Of a stretch of 64,000 nt of DNA, positions 1 through 9,360 are shown piece by piece. Source of the DNA: Alphaproteobacteria bacterium (GTDB lineage Bacteria > Pseudomonadota > Alphaproteobacteria > SHVP01); assembly GCA_947473325.1 (NCBI GenBank), contig CANJEJ010000003.1:9372-73371 (forward strand). The letters run 5' to 3'. Below the pieces are notes generated by a model, which had not been told where the DNA came from, did not search any database, and was given only the letters and a program-made list of their open reading frames with translations. Position numbers and translations under genes: made by a program. The stretch's first letter is position 1. Every line of letters begins with the position of its first letter.

Positions 1-5
1 GCTGA

Positions 6-161
6 GTGTCGGCCCTCCTGACCCGGTCGCCGACATGGGGCAGTTCCCCCAGTCCCTATGTCACCAAGGCGGCCGGGTCAATTTTCCCCCTCGGCCCGGG
101 GCCGGCACGATCCTCTCTTGGACGGACAAAAGCCCTGCTCCCCCGCAGGGCTTTTGTTCGT
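6..161 (+). ncRNA. candidate structured small RNA with anti-SD-like UCCCCC loops and intrinsic terminator (5' end may lie outside window)
   Basis: Nested stems 6-16/98-108, 19-31/68-80, 32-40/54-62, then terminator hairpin 122-138/145-161; all non-Watson-Crick pairs are G-U on the + strand. Confidence 0.55.
122..161. terminator. bidirectional rho-independent terminator
   Basis: ACAAAAGCCCTGC-N6-GCAGGGCTTTTGT perfect 13-bp inverted repeat right after the GST stop. Confidence 0.85.
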
Positions 162-833
162 TTACTCCGCGGCCGCCTTCTGCGGCAGGGCATAGGCCGC
201 CGCGCGCTTGATGTAGAAGTCGGCCGAATTGGCGATGGACTTCACCGAGGGCCGCTCGCGCATCGCCGCGATCCAGGCCTTCAGCCGCACGCAGTCGTCG
301 GGAATGCGGTAGCCGCGATAGTGCTCGATGTTGCAGAAGCGCTCGAACGACGGGTAATAGGCCACGTCGACCAGCGTGACGCCTTCCGCCATCCAGTACG
401 GCCCCGGCCCCATCTTGGCGAAGCCTTCCGTCTCCATGAAGCGCAGGTGCGCATCGAGCTCGGCCCGCAGCTTCACTTGCGTTTCGGTGTCCTGCGCGCG
501 CAGGTAGCCATGCGTGGTGACGTTGAGCCGCGTGTTGCAGAAGTCGATCCAGACACGGGCGAGGGCGCGGCGCGCCGGGTCCTTTGGCATCATCGGCGGG
601 TTGGGGAACACCTCGTCGATATATTCGTTCACGATCGCCGATTCGTAGACGATGTCCTTGCCGACGCGTACCGACGGCACCTTGCCATAGGGCGAGACGT
701 CCTTGAACCAGCTTGGCTTGTTCTTGAGGTCGATCTCGGTCAGCGTGAAATCAACGCCCTTTTCCAGCAGCGCGAGCCGTGTGCGATGCGCATAGGGGCA
801 CACTTCGGCGCTGAAGATTTCCACTTGGGCCAT
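162..833 (-). CDS. glutathione S-transferase family protein (omega/SspA-like)
   Basis: CPYAHR active-site motif, PYGKVP, YESAIVNEYIDE; start taken at MAQVEIF. Confidence 0.9.
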   Translation of the reverse strand: MAQVEIFSAEVCPYAHRTRLALLEKGVDFTLTEIDLKNKPSWFKDVSPYGKVPSVRVGKDIVYESAIVNEYIDEVFPNPPMMPKDPARRALARVWIDFCNTRLNVTTHGYLRAQDTETQVKLRAELDAHLRFMETEGFAKMGPGPYWMAEGVTLVDVAYYPSFERFCNIEHYRGYRIPDDCVRLKAWIAAMRERPSVKSIANSADFYIKRAAAYALPQKAAAE

Positions 834-958
834 GGTCCGTCCTTCCATTCCGTCTGGATCGTCGCGCCATCCCCGCTAGGATGGCACCTGTTCCCCGCAG
901 CCTAGCAAAGCCGGCGGGGGGCGCGCGAATCTCCTGCACAGGACCCGTCCCGCCCACC

Positions 959-1828
959 ATGTGTTCCGATCGCGTCACCGCCGTGACCGTCGCCTACAAC
1001 AGCGGCCATGCCATCGCTGGCTGCCTGGAGTCGGTGCGCGGCTGCGCCCTGGTCGTGGTCGACAACGCGAGCCAGGACGACACCCAGGCCATCGTGCGGG
1101 AGGGATTCCCGGAGGCCCGCATCGTCGCCAACGCCGTCAACGAAGGCTTTGGCCGCGCCAACAACCGCGGCTGCGCGCTGGCCACGACCGACTATGTGCT
1201 GTTCATCAACCCCGATGCCCGGCTGGCGCCCGGAAGCCTCGACAGGCTGCTGGAAGCCGCCGTGCGGCATCCGGAAGCGGCCCTGATCGCGCCGCGCATC
1301 GTGCGGCCCGGCGGCCGGGTCGAGATCAGCCATGATGTCGACCTGTGGCGGCGCGTCGACATGCCGCCCGGCCCGGCGCCGGAGCCCGAGGGCGAAATCT
1401 GCGCCGACTTCCTGTCGGGCGCTGTCTTCCTGCTGCGGCGGTCGGCACTTAAGGGAAATCCACCCTTCGACCCTGCCATCTTCCTCTATTACGAGGATGA
1501 CGACCTGTGCCAGCGCCTGCGCCGCGAGGGCCATGCCCTGATCCAGGTGCCAGAGGCGATCGCAGAACATGTCGGCGGCGGCGCGTCACGGCCGAGCTGG
1601 CGCATCACCTGGCGCAAGTTCTGGCACATGGCCTGGTCGCGCCTCTACCTCGAGGAAAAATATTTCGGCGGGACGGCGGCGGCGAAGACGGGCGTTGCCC
1701 ATTTGCTGCGCTTCGGACCGAAGGCCATCGGCTATGCGCTGATCCTCAACCGCAAGAAGGCGCTGCGCGATGCTGCGCGCTATGCCGGTACCTTCGCCTA
1801 TCTGGTCGGCGTCAGGGCGATCCGGTAG
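959..1828 (+). CDS. glycosyltransferase family 2 (rhamnosyltransferase-like)
   Basis: VVVDNASQD, NEGFGRANNRG, FINPD, FLYYEDDDLC; adjacent to rfbCD. Confidence 0.9.
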   Translation: MCSDRVTAVTVAYNSGHAIAGCLESVRGCALVVVDNASQDDTQAIVREGFPEARIVANAVNEGFGRANNRGCALATTDYVLFINPDARLAPGSLDRLLEAAVRHPEAALIAPRIVRPGGRVEISHDVDLWRRVDMPPGPAPEPEGEICADFLSGAVFLLRRSALKGNPPFDPAIFLYYEDDDLCQRLRREGHALIQVPEAIAEHVGGGASRPSWRITWRKFWHMAWSRLYLEEKYFGGTAAAKTGVAHLLRFGPKAIGYALILNRKKALRDAARYAGTFAYLVGVRAIR

Positions 1829-1835
1829 GCGGAAC

Positions 1836-2786
1836 TCAGCCCGGCCCGCTGGTCAGGCACTCGCGCAGCTGGTCGCGCCACTCGGGCATGATGAGGGAGA
1901 AGGTCTCCTGCATCGCGCGGGTGTCCAGCACCGAGACCGCCGGCCGTTGGGCCTTGGTGGGATAGTCGGCCGTCGCGATCGCCTTCACCGGCGGCAGCGC
2001 CTTGCCCGCGGGCCAGTCGCGCGCGCCCGTGTCCATCGCGGCGACGATCGCCTCGGCAAAGCCATGCCAGCTCACCTCGCCGCCCGCCGCGAGGTGATAG
2101 GTGCCGGCACGCTCGGCAATCGCGTCGGCGGTGAGATGTGCTGCCGTCTTGCGCACGAGTTCGTTGGTCGCCCGGGCGATCGCGCGCGACCAGGTGGGCG
2201 TGCCGATCTGGTCGGCAACCACGCTGAGCGCGTCGCGCTCGCGTGCCAGCCGCTGCATCGTCAGCAGGAAGTTGCGGCCGCGCCGGCCATAGACCCAGCT
2301 GGTGCGCAGGATCAGATAGGCGGGATCGGCCGCGCCGACGGCGAGTTCACCGCGCAGCTTGCTGCGGCCATAGACGTTGAGCGGCGCGGCGCGATCGGTC
2401 TCGCGATAGGCGCGCCGGCCGTCCGGCGTGAGGCGGCGACCGGTTCCGCCCGCGCCGTCGAAGACATAGTCGGTAGAAAAGTGAATGAGCGCGATGCCGC
2501 GCGCCCTGGCCTCCTGCGCCAGCAGGCCGGGAAATTCGGCGTTGAGGTCCATCGCGCGTTCCTCATCCTCTTCCGCCCTTTCCACGTCCGTATAGGCGGC
2601 GGCGTTGACGATGAGGGAAGGCTTGCTCAGGCGCAGGAAGGCGCGTACCGAGTCGGGATCGTAGAGATCGACCTCGGTGCGCGGCGGCGCCAACACCGGC
2701 CACCAGGGCGCGATCTGCAACCGCGTTTCACGCCCAACCTGGCCGGTCCCGCCAAACAGGACAATCGGTTGCTCCTGCTCGCTCAT
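1836..2786 (-). CDS. rfbD: dTDP-4-dehydrorhamnose reductase
   Basis: GGTGQVG, NAAAYTDV, HFSTDYVFDG, YGRSK, DQIGTPT. Confidence 0.95.
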   Translation of the reverse strand: MSEQEQPIVLFGGTGQVGRETRLQIAPWWPVLAPPRTEVDLYDPDSVRAFLRLSKPSLIVNAAAYTDVERAEEDEERAMDLNAEFPGLLAQEARARGIALIHFSTDYVFDGAGGTGRRLTPDGRRAYRETDRAAPLNVYGRSKLRGELAVGAADPAYLILRTSWVYGRRGRNFLLTMQRLARERDALSVVADQIGTPTWSRAIARATNELVRKTAAHLTADAIAERAGTYHLAAGGEVSWHGFAEAIVAAMDTGARDWPAGKALPPVKAIATADYPTKAQRPAVSVLDTRAMQETFSLIMPEWRDQLRECLTSGPG

Positions 2787-3337
2787 GCAAAGGCCGGCAG
2801 GCGGGTTTCGGGCATGTCACGCAAGCGCAAGCCCGCCATGTCCTTGTTCGACAGGATCGGTTCATCCGCCGGCCAGGGAATACCAAGGTCAGGATCGTTC
2901 CACAACACCGTGAGCTCGTCCGCCGGGCTGTAGAAATCCGTCACCTTGTAAGCGAACAGCGCGGCGTCCGACGTGACGCAGAAGCCATGCGCGAAACCGG
3001 CAGGCACGTAAAGCACCTGGTGATCATCGGCATGCAGGGTCACGGCATACCAGCGGCCGAATTGCGGCGAGCCACGCCGCACGTCGACGACGACGTCATA
3101 GATCGTGCCGACCAGCACATGGACAAGCTTCGCCTGGCCATGCGGATGCTGCAGATGCAGGCCGCGCAACACGCCACGCCGCGAGGACGAAACATTGTCC
3201 TGCACAAAAGTGTCATGGATGCCTGCATCGGCAAGACGGCGGGCGTTGTAGGGTTCGAAGAAGTGGCCACGCGAATCGCCGAAGACCTGCGGGGACAGCA
3301 GCAGGACGCCAGGGAGTTCCGTGGGAGTCACCTTCAT
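2783..3337 (-). CDS. rfbC: dTDP-4-dehydrorhamnose 3,5-epimerase
   Basis: FGDSRGHFFE, FVQDNVSSSRRGVLRGLH, GFAHGF; overlaps rfbD start. Confidence 0.95.
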   Translation of the reverse strand: MKVTPTELPGVLLLSPQVFGDSRGHFFEPYNARRLADAGIHDTFVQDNVSSSRRGVLRGLHLQHPHGQAKLVHVLVGTIYDVVVDVRRGSPQFGRWYAVTLHADDHQVLYVPAGFAHGFCVTSDAALFAYKVTDFYSPADELTVLWNDPDLGIPWPADEPILSNKDMAGLRLRDMPETRLPAFA

Positions 3338-3402
3338 GCCACACTCTTTGCCTTGGTCCGCGCGGGACCAAGGGTTTAACACCACAGACGCAGGACCGCC
3401 AC

Positions 3403-5790
3403 ATGCGCCGCAGCCTGATCGTGCTGAAATGGATGGGGCTGACGCTAGGCGGCGTGCTGCTGGGCCTGGTCCTCGCCATCGCCGGACTGGGCCTGTGGCT
3501 GACGCAATCGCTGCCCCACATTGATGGGCCGGCGCAGGTCGCCGGACTCTCGGCCCCGGCCGAGGTGATTCGCGACCGCAACGGCGTCGCCCATATCCGC
3601 GCGACGAGCGAGGCCGACGGGTATTTCACGCTGGGTTTTGTCCACGCCCAGGACCGGCTGTTCCAGATGGACCTGTACCGCCGGATCGGCGCCGGACGGC
3701 TGGCGGAACTGGTGGGAGCACCTGCCCTGCCCGCCGACCGCATCCTGCGCACGCTGGGCATTTACCGGCTTGCCGAGAAGCAGGTGGCGACGCTGTCACC
3801 CGATCTGCGCCTTGCCGTCACCGCCTACACCGCCGGCGTGAATGCTTTCATCGCCCAGCACCAGGGCCCATGGCCACCCGAATTCACGCTGCTGTTCTAC
3901 CGGCCCGAACCGTGGACGCCCGCGGACTCGCTGGTGCTGGGCAAGCTGCTTGCGCTCATGCTGGGTGGCAACTGGACGGAAGAGCTGCGCCGTGCGGCGC
4001 TGCTCGACCGCCTGCCAGCCGAATCGGTCGAGTTCTTCCTGCCGACGGCGCCGGATGGGCCGCTGCGCCTGACCGGGCAGCCCAGTGGCACCGGCGAAAT
4101 GGCAACGGCGCTACTCGCCGCTGTGCCCGCCTTCCTGCATCCGCGCCGCGCCTCCAATGCCTGGGCCGTCACCGGCACGCGCACGGCGAGCGGCGCGCCG
4201 ATCCTCGCGAGCGATCCGCATCTTGGTTTCACCGCACCTGGCATCTGGTATCCGGTGCGGCTGACAACCCCGAAGCACGTCGTGACGGGTGCCACCTTGC
4301 CCGGTTTGCCGCTGCACTTGCTTGGGCATAACGGGTCGGTTGCCTGGGGCCTCACGACCACCTATGGCGACCAGACGGACCTGTTTGTCGAGACCGTCGA
4401 CGCGGCAGACGCGCAACTCTATGCGACACCGGATGGGCCACGGCCCTTCGCGACTCGCAACGAGACGATCCGCGTGCGCTTTGGCCAGGACATCGCGATG
4501 ACGGTGCGGGAGACGCGTCATGGGCCCGTCGTCTCGGACGTTCTGCCCAATGCGTCCGCACAGGCGGGCCAGGGCCGTGTCATGGCGCTGTCTGCCGTTG
4601 CGCTGCAGGAAGGCGACCGCACGCCCGAAGCCCTGCTGGGCATGAATCGCGCCACCGATGCCGACAGCTTTCGTGCCGCCCTGCGCAATTTCCACACGCC
4701 ACAGCAAAACGTGTTCTTTGCCGACCGTTTCGGCAGCATCGGCTTTGTCGCCGCCGCACGCGTACCGCTGCGCAAGGCAGACCGCGGGCTGGTGCCCGGC
4801 AATGGTGCCAGCGGCGCACAGGACTGGACCGGCTTCCTTGACTTCGACGCGCTGCCGCAGGCGCTGGATCCGCCATCGGGGCAGATTTACAACGGCAACA
4901 ACCGGGTGGTGGACGACGACTATCCGCATTTCATCGGCGCCGACTGGGACCTGAACTATCGCGCCGAGCGGATTGCCGAGTTGCTGGCCGAAGTCGAGCG
5001 GCCGCGCGCCGACGACCATGCCCGAATGCAGGTCGATACCTTGTCGCCGATGGCGCGCGACCTGCTGCCCCTGCTGCTGCGCGCGATGAATGAGGTCGAC
5101 ACGCTGTCGCCCGCAGCCCGGAATGCCGTCACGCGCCTGCATGGCTGGGACCACGGGATGGATCGCGCGCGGGGAGAGCCGCTGCTTTTCAGCGCCTGGA
5201 TGCGCGCGCTGGCGGCCCGGCTGTTCGCCGACGAGATGGGGGGCGCCTTCAACGCCGGCCAATGGCCGCGCCAGATCCGCGCCGCCCTGACAGACGCGCC
5301 GCGCTGGTGCGATGATATCCGTACCCCTGCCGCCGAAACCTGCCCCGCGCAGGTCGCGGGGGCGCTGGACGATGCCATCGCTTCCCTGACGGCCACCTAT
5401 GGCGCCGACATGGGCAGCTGGCGCTGGGGCACCGCCCATGCCGTGCGCTTCACGCATCCGGCCTTCAGTTTCATCCCCGGGCTCGGGCGTCTGCTGGGCA
5501 TCGAGCTCGACAGCGACGGCGGCAACTACACGCTGAAACGGGGCGGCTTCAGTGGCAGCGGCGCCCGCTTTCCGAATGGCCATGGCGCGTCCTACCGCGC
5601 CGTCTATGACCTCGGGAACCTCGATGATTCGCGCTATGCCTATGCGCCCGGCGCGTCAGGCAATCCGTATAGCCGCTGGTTCAGCGACCAGGCGCCCCTG
5701 TGGCGCGACGGGCTTTATTTCCGCATCCCGGCCACGCCGGAAGACGCCCGGCGCGATGCGCGCGGCGTGCTCGCGCTCACACCCCGCTGA
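3403..5790 (+). CDS. penicillin acylase family Ntn-hydrolase (possible acyl-homoserine lactone acylase)
   Basis: N-terminal TM/signal, GFVHAQDRLFQMD, autocleavage site A-SNAWAV, DPHL. Confidence 0.9.
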   Translation: MRRSLIVLKWMGLTLGGVLLGLVLAIAGLGLWLTQSLPHIDGPAQVAGLSAPAEVIRDRNGVAHIRATSEADGYFTLGFVHAQDRLFQMDLYRRIGAGRLAELVGAPALPADRILRTLGIYRLAEKQVATLSPDLRLAVTAYTAGVNAFIAQHQGPWPPEFTLLFYRPEPWTPADSLVLGKLLALMLGGNWTEELRRAALLDRLPAESVEFFLPTAPDGPLRLTGQPSGTGEMATALLAAVPAFLHPRRASNAWAVTGTRTASGAPILASDPHLGFTAPGIWYPVRLTTPKHVVTGATLPGLPLHLLGHNGSVAWGLTTTYGDQTDLFVETVDAADAQLYATPDGPRPFATRNETIRVRFGQDIAMTVRETRHGPVVSDVLPNASAQAGQGRVMALSAVALQEGDRTPEALLGMNRATDADSFRAALRNFHTPQQNVFFADRFGSIGFVAAARVPLRKADRGLVPGNGASGAQDWTGFLDFDALPQALDPPSGQIYNGNNRVVDDDYPHFIGADWDLNYRAERIAELLAEVERPRADDHARMQVDTLSPMARDLLPLLLRAMNEVDTLSPAARNAVTRLHGWDHGMDRARGEPLLFSAWMRALAARLFADEMGGAFNAGQWPRQIRAALTDAPRWCDDIRTPAAETCPAQVAGALDDAIASLTATYGADMGSWRWGTAHAVRFTHPAFSFIPGLGRLLGIELDSDGGNYTLKRGGFSGSGARFPNGHGASYRAVYDLGNLDDSRYAYAPGASGNPYSRWFSDQAPLWRDGLYFRIPATPEDARRDARGVLALTPR

Positions 5791-5835
5791 ATTTCCAGAA
5801 GAAGTTAGTATAATCCCGCAAAACCGGGAGGGGAA

Positions 5836-6699
5836 ATGCAGCCACGGGTCACCGCGTTCTTCGACGAAGCCACCTTCACCGTCTCCTATGTCGTGGCGGA
5901 ACCGGCGGGAACCGCCTGCGCGGTGATCGATCCCGTCCTGGGCTTCGACCCGAAATCCGGGCGCACCAACGCCGCCCAAGCCGACAAGATCATCGCCTTC
6001 GTGCGCGAGACCGGTCTGAAGGTACAGTGGGTGCTGGAAACCCATGTCCATGCCGACCACCTGACCGCATCGCCGCAGATCAGGCAGGCGCTGGGCGGCC
6101 GCACCGCCATCGGCAACCGCATCGGCGCAGTGCAGCAGACGTTCAAGACGCTGTTCAACTTCGGCGACTGGATGGCGACCGACGGGCGTCAGTTCGAGCA
6201 CTTGTTCGCCGACGGCGAGACCTTCAAGATCGGCGCGATGGACGTGACGGTGCTGCACACGCCAGGTCACACACCCGCCTGCGTCACCTATGTCGTCGGC
6301 GATGCTGCCTTTGTCGGCGACACGCTGTTCATGCCGGACTACGGCACCGCACGGGCGGATTTTCCCGGCGGCGATGCCGCACTGCTCTATCGGTCGATCC
6401 GCAGAATTCTCGCGCTGCCGCCGGCGACGCGACTGTTCATGTGCCACGACTATGGCCCGAACGGCCGCAACTACGCCTGGGAAACCACGGTCGCCGAGGA
6501 GAACGCCAGCAACATCCACATCAAGGCAGGCGTCAGCGAGGACGAATACGTGGCGATGCGCACCGAGCGCGACCGCAAGCTCGCGGTGCCGGTGCTGCTG
6601 CTGCCATCGGTGCAGGTGAACATGTCGGCGGGCAAGTTGCCGCCACCGGACCCGAACGGTGTCAGCTACTTGAAGATTCCAGTCAACGCCTTCAAGTAG
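5836..6699 (+). CDS. MBL-fold metallohydrolase, persulfide dioxygenase (Blh/ETHE1-like)
   Basis: ETHVHADH, TPGHT, GDTLFMPDYGTARADFPGG, CHDY. Confidence 0.88.
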   Translation: MQPRVTAFFDEATFTVSYVVAEPAGTACAVIDPVLGFDPKSGRTNAAQADKIIAFVRETGLKVQWVLETHVHADHLTASPQIRQALGGRTAIGNRIGAVQQTFKTLFNFGDWMATDGRQFEHLFADGETFKIGAMDVTVLHTPGHTPACVTYVVGDAAFVGDTLFMPDYGTARADFPGGDAALLYRSIRRILALPPATRLFMCHDYGPNGRNYAWETTVAEENASNIHIKAGVSEDEYVAMRTERDRKLAVPVLLLPSVQVNMSAGKLPPPDPNGVSYLKIPVNAFK

Positions 6700-6703
6700 C
6701 TTT

Positions 6704-6816
6704 CCGCGGCTTCATGCTAGACGCAGGCTTTGCCTGCTCCTCGGCGTAAGGACGGGAAAAGCGAACCTCACACCGAGGGGCAACCCGAAGGTCGCGTCCC
6801 GAAGTGCAAGGTTCGC
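6704..6816. repeat. degenerate REP-like palindromic intergenic element(s) between convergent genes
   Basis: Hairpin GCAGGC-TTT-GCCTGC (6723-6737); inverted repeat GCGAACCT 6761-6768 / AGGTTCGC 6809-6816; two halves are similar in opposite orientation (CCTxA..CCGAGG.G..GCGTC). Confidence 0.45.
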
Positions 6817-6824
6817 GTCATCCC

Positions 6825-8567
6825 TTACGCCACGTCCGGCGTGAAGTGAGACTTGCGGCTGGTGACGAGGTCAAGGAAGGCGATCGTCTGTACGCGCGGA
6901 TCGGTCTTCCGCACATGGCCCGCCTCCGGATCGGTCACCACGTCGGTCACCGACGTCACCTTCGAGGCCAGCGCCGCATCGATGGCGCCGCCCACTTCCG
7001 ACGGCTTGGTGATGCGCTGGGAATGACAGCCGAACGCCTTGCCGATTAGATCGTAGTGCACCTCGCCGAACTCGACGTTGACATGGCGTTGCAGCGCCAG
7101 GGTCTGACCATGCTTTTCCGTGCCCCAGGCTCCGTCATTGGAGATGAAGGTGTTGATCTTCAGTCCCGCCAGAACGGCTCCGTTGTATTCCGACGGATAG
7201 AAGCCGAAGGCGCCGTCGCCGGTGACATGGATGATCGGCCGCGGCTTGCCACCCTTCTCCTTTGCCATTTCCTTGGCGCCTGCCGCGGCGCCCAGCGCGA
7301 GCGGCGTGCCGATGCCCATGGAGCCCAACGGGTAGTGATCCATATAGCTGCGGTCGCCCTTGATCTTGATGACCGCTGTCATCCAGTTCTGGATGTCGGC
7401 ACCGTCGCCGACATAGACCGCGTCCTTCGGCATACGCTTCATCAGCTCGCGGCCGAGGCGATAGGGATGAATCGGGCCCGTTTCATTGCGTCCGAGCGAA
7501 TCGATGAATTCGAGGCGCGGCTTCAACGCGTCCTTGATCCATTTCACGCTGGTCTTCGTCTTGGCCTTGCGCTTGCGCATCGCCGCGTTGAGCGCAACCA
7601 TCGACAACATGGCATCACCCACGATCGGCAGGTCGATCGGGCGGTTGCGGCCGATTTCCTCGCCCAGCACGTCGATCTGGATGAACTTGGCATTGGGCGC
7701 GAAGCGCGGGGCCATGCCATAGCCCATGCGCTGCGTCATGCGCGAGCCGACCCAGAGCACCACGTCGGCCTGCTTTGCCGCCACCTGGGCAAGACCCCAG
7801 GACCAGCCAAGCTCGTCGTCTTCCGGCACCAGGCCGCGCCCCATGGCGTTGCCAAAGGCGGGAATGCCGAAATCCGCCGACAGCTTGCGCAGCGCGGGGC
7901 CGGCGCCCGACCATTGCGCGCCGGAGCCGACGATGATCAGCGGGCGTTTCGCCTTGTCGAGCATTTCGGCGGCGCGCTCAATCAAGGCGAGCGGCGGCGC
8001 CGGCTTGTGAATATCCGTCAGCGGCGCATCGAGCTCTTCGCCGCGTTCGACGGCTTCGGAGAAGAATTGCTGCGGCACCTGCAGCACGACCGGGCCAGGC
8101 CGGCCAGACAGCGCCGTGCGGGCGGCAACCTCGACATATTCCCGCAGGCGGTCCACCGAGTGAACGGTGCGCGACCACTTGCTGATGGAGCGGGTCAGCG
8201 CCATGGCATCATGATCGACCAGCGCCTGCGGCTCGATGCCCGCCGTGTGCGGCTCGGCGACGATGACCAGAACCGGCGAGCAGGCTTCGTATGCTGTCAG
8301 AATTCCGGAAATGGCGTTGGGTACGCCCTGATCGGAAATGATCAGGGCGACTCCGAGCTTGCCGGTGATGCGGGCATAACCGTCGGCCGCCGCCACGGTC
8401 GCCGTCTCGTGGCGATTCGAGATGATGCCGAAGTCGTCCTTGTCCAGTGCGTCGAGCAGGTGGGTATGGGAGGCGCCGGCCAGCGAGAAGACCGTGTTGA
8501 TGCCGTACTTCTTCAGGGTGCGGCTGACCACCATGCCGCCCGTGAGCTTGTTACTGCCCCGTGCCAT
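6825..8567 (-). CDS. thiamine pyrophosphate-dependent enzyme (acetolactate synthase-like / 2-hydroxyacyl-CoA lyase-like)
   Basis: RHE..AADGYAR, GRPGPV, TPP motif GDGAFG...NDGAWG. Confidence 0.88.
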   Translation of the reverse strand: MARGSNKLTGGMVVSRTLKKYGINTVFSLAGASHTHLLDALDKDDFGIISNRHETATVAAADGYARITGKLGVALIISDQGVPNAISGILTAYEACSPVLVIVAEPHTAGIEPQALVDHDAMALTRSISKWSRTVHSVDRLREYVEVAARTALSGRPGPVVLQVPQQFFSEAVERGEELDAPLTDIHKPAPPLALIERAAEMLDKAKRPLIIVGSGAQWSGAGPALRKLSADFGIPAFGNAMGRGLVPEDDELGWSWGLAQVAAKQADVVLWVGSRMTQRMGYGMAPRFAPNAKFIQIDVLGEEIGRNRPIDLPIVGDAMLSMVALNAAMRKRKAKTKTSVKWIKDALKPRLEFIDSLGRNETGPIHPYRLGRELMKRMPKDAVYVGDGADIQNWMTAVIKIKGDRSYMDHYPLGSMGIGTPLALGAAAGAKEMAKEKGGKPRPIIHVTGDGAFGFYPSEYNGAVLAGLKINTFISNDGAWGTEKHGQTLALQRHVNVEFGEVHYDLIGKAFGCHSQRITKPSEVGGAIDAALASKVTSVTDVVTDPEAGHVRKTDPRVQTIAFLDLVTSRKSHFTPDVA

Positions 8568-8638
8568 TGAAATCCTCCAGACAGAAAATCGCGGACCGGC
8601 GTCCGTTCGGAAAAAAGGGTATGGGTGTGGCTGTTGCT

Positions 8639-9205
8639 CTAGCCGATCAGCTTGCCACCGACCAGCGCAATCGCCTCGATCTCGATCATCAACTCGGGCA
8701 GGCCGAGCGCGCCGACTTCGACGATGGTGTCGGCCGGCCAAGGGCGCTTGAAATACTTGCCGCGCGCATCGACGATCTTGGGAAAGTGCTTCATGTCGGT
8801 CAGGTAGATGTTGACCTTGACCACCTGCTCCATCGACGAGCCGGCAGCCTTCAGTACCGTCTTCAGGTTGGCGAACACCTGCTTGAGCTGGGCGTCGAAA
8901 TTGCCCTTGCCGACCACCGCCCCGGTCTTGAGGTCGAGCGAGGCCTGGCCCGACAGGAACACGAGGTTGCCGACCTGGTAGCCGAGCGCAATCCTGAAGC
9001 CGTCATAGATATCGGGCTTGAGCGTGATGCGCCGGGCATTGCGCCCGACCGCCCCAAGGCTCGTGGTCGGCCGCGTGCGCGACACCACGTTCCGCGCCGC
9101 CCGCGGCCGGGCCACCGCCTTGCGGACCGGGACCGCCTTGCGGGCGGGCGCCGCCTTGCGCGCCTTCGCGGGCTTGCGCCCCGTCTTATTAGCCTTGCGT
9201 GCCAT
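8639..9205 (-). CDS. Rid (YjgF/YER057c/UK114) family protein with Lys/Arg/Ala/Pro-rich N-terminal tail
   Basis: VFLSGQ, VVKVNIYLTDM, IEIEAIA; N-terminus ARKAAPARKAVPVRKAV. Confidence 0.85.
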   Translation of the reverse strand: MARKANKTGRKPAKARKAAPARKAVPVRKAVARPRAARNVVSRTRPTTSLGAVGRNARRITLKPDIYDGFRIALGYQVGNLVFLSGQASLDLKTGAVVGKGNFDAQLKQVFANLKTVLKAAGSSMEQVVKVNIYLTDMKHFPKIVDARGKYFKRPWPADTIVEVGALGLPELMIEIEAIALVGGKLIG

Positions 9206-9360
9206 GCCGACCTCCCCGTCGCAGCAATTTGGGCCAAGATAGCGCCGGATTGCCGGGTCCGCGCAATGGGCACGGCACAACTGCCCATGGACCGTGCACA
9301 GGCTTGCGCCTAAAGTTTCGCTACAGCGGCCTCCAGCCGCCTGAACGAGAGGATTCCTTC

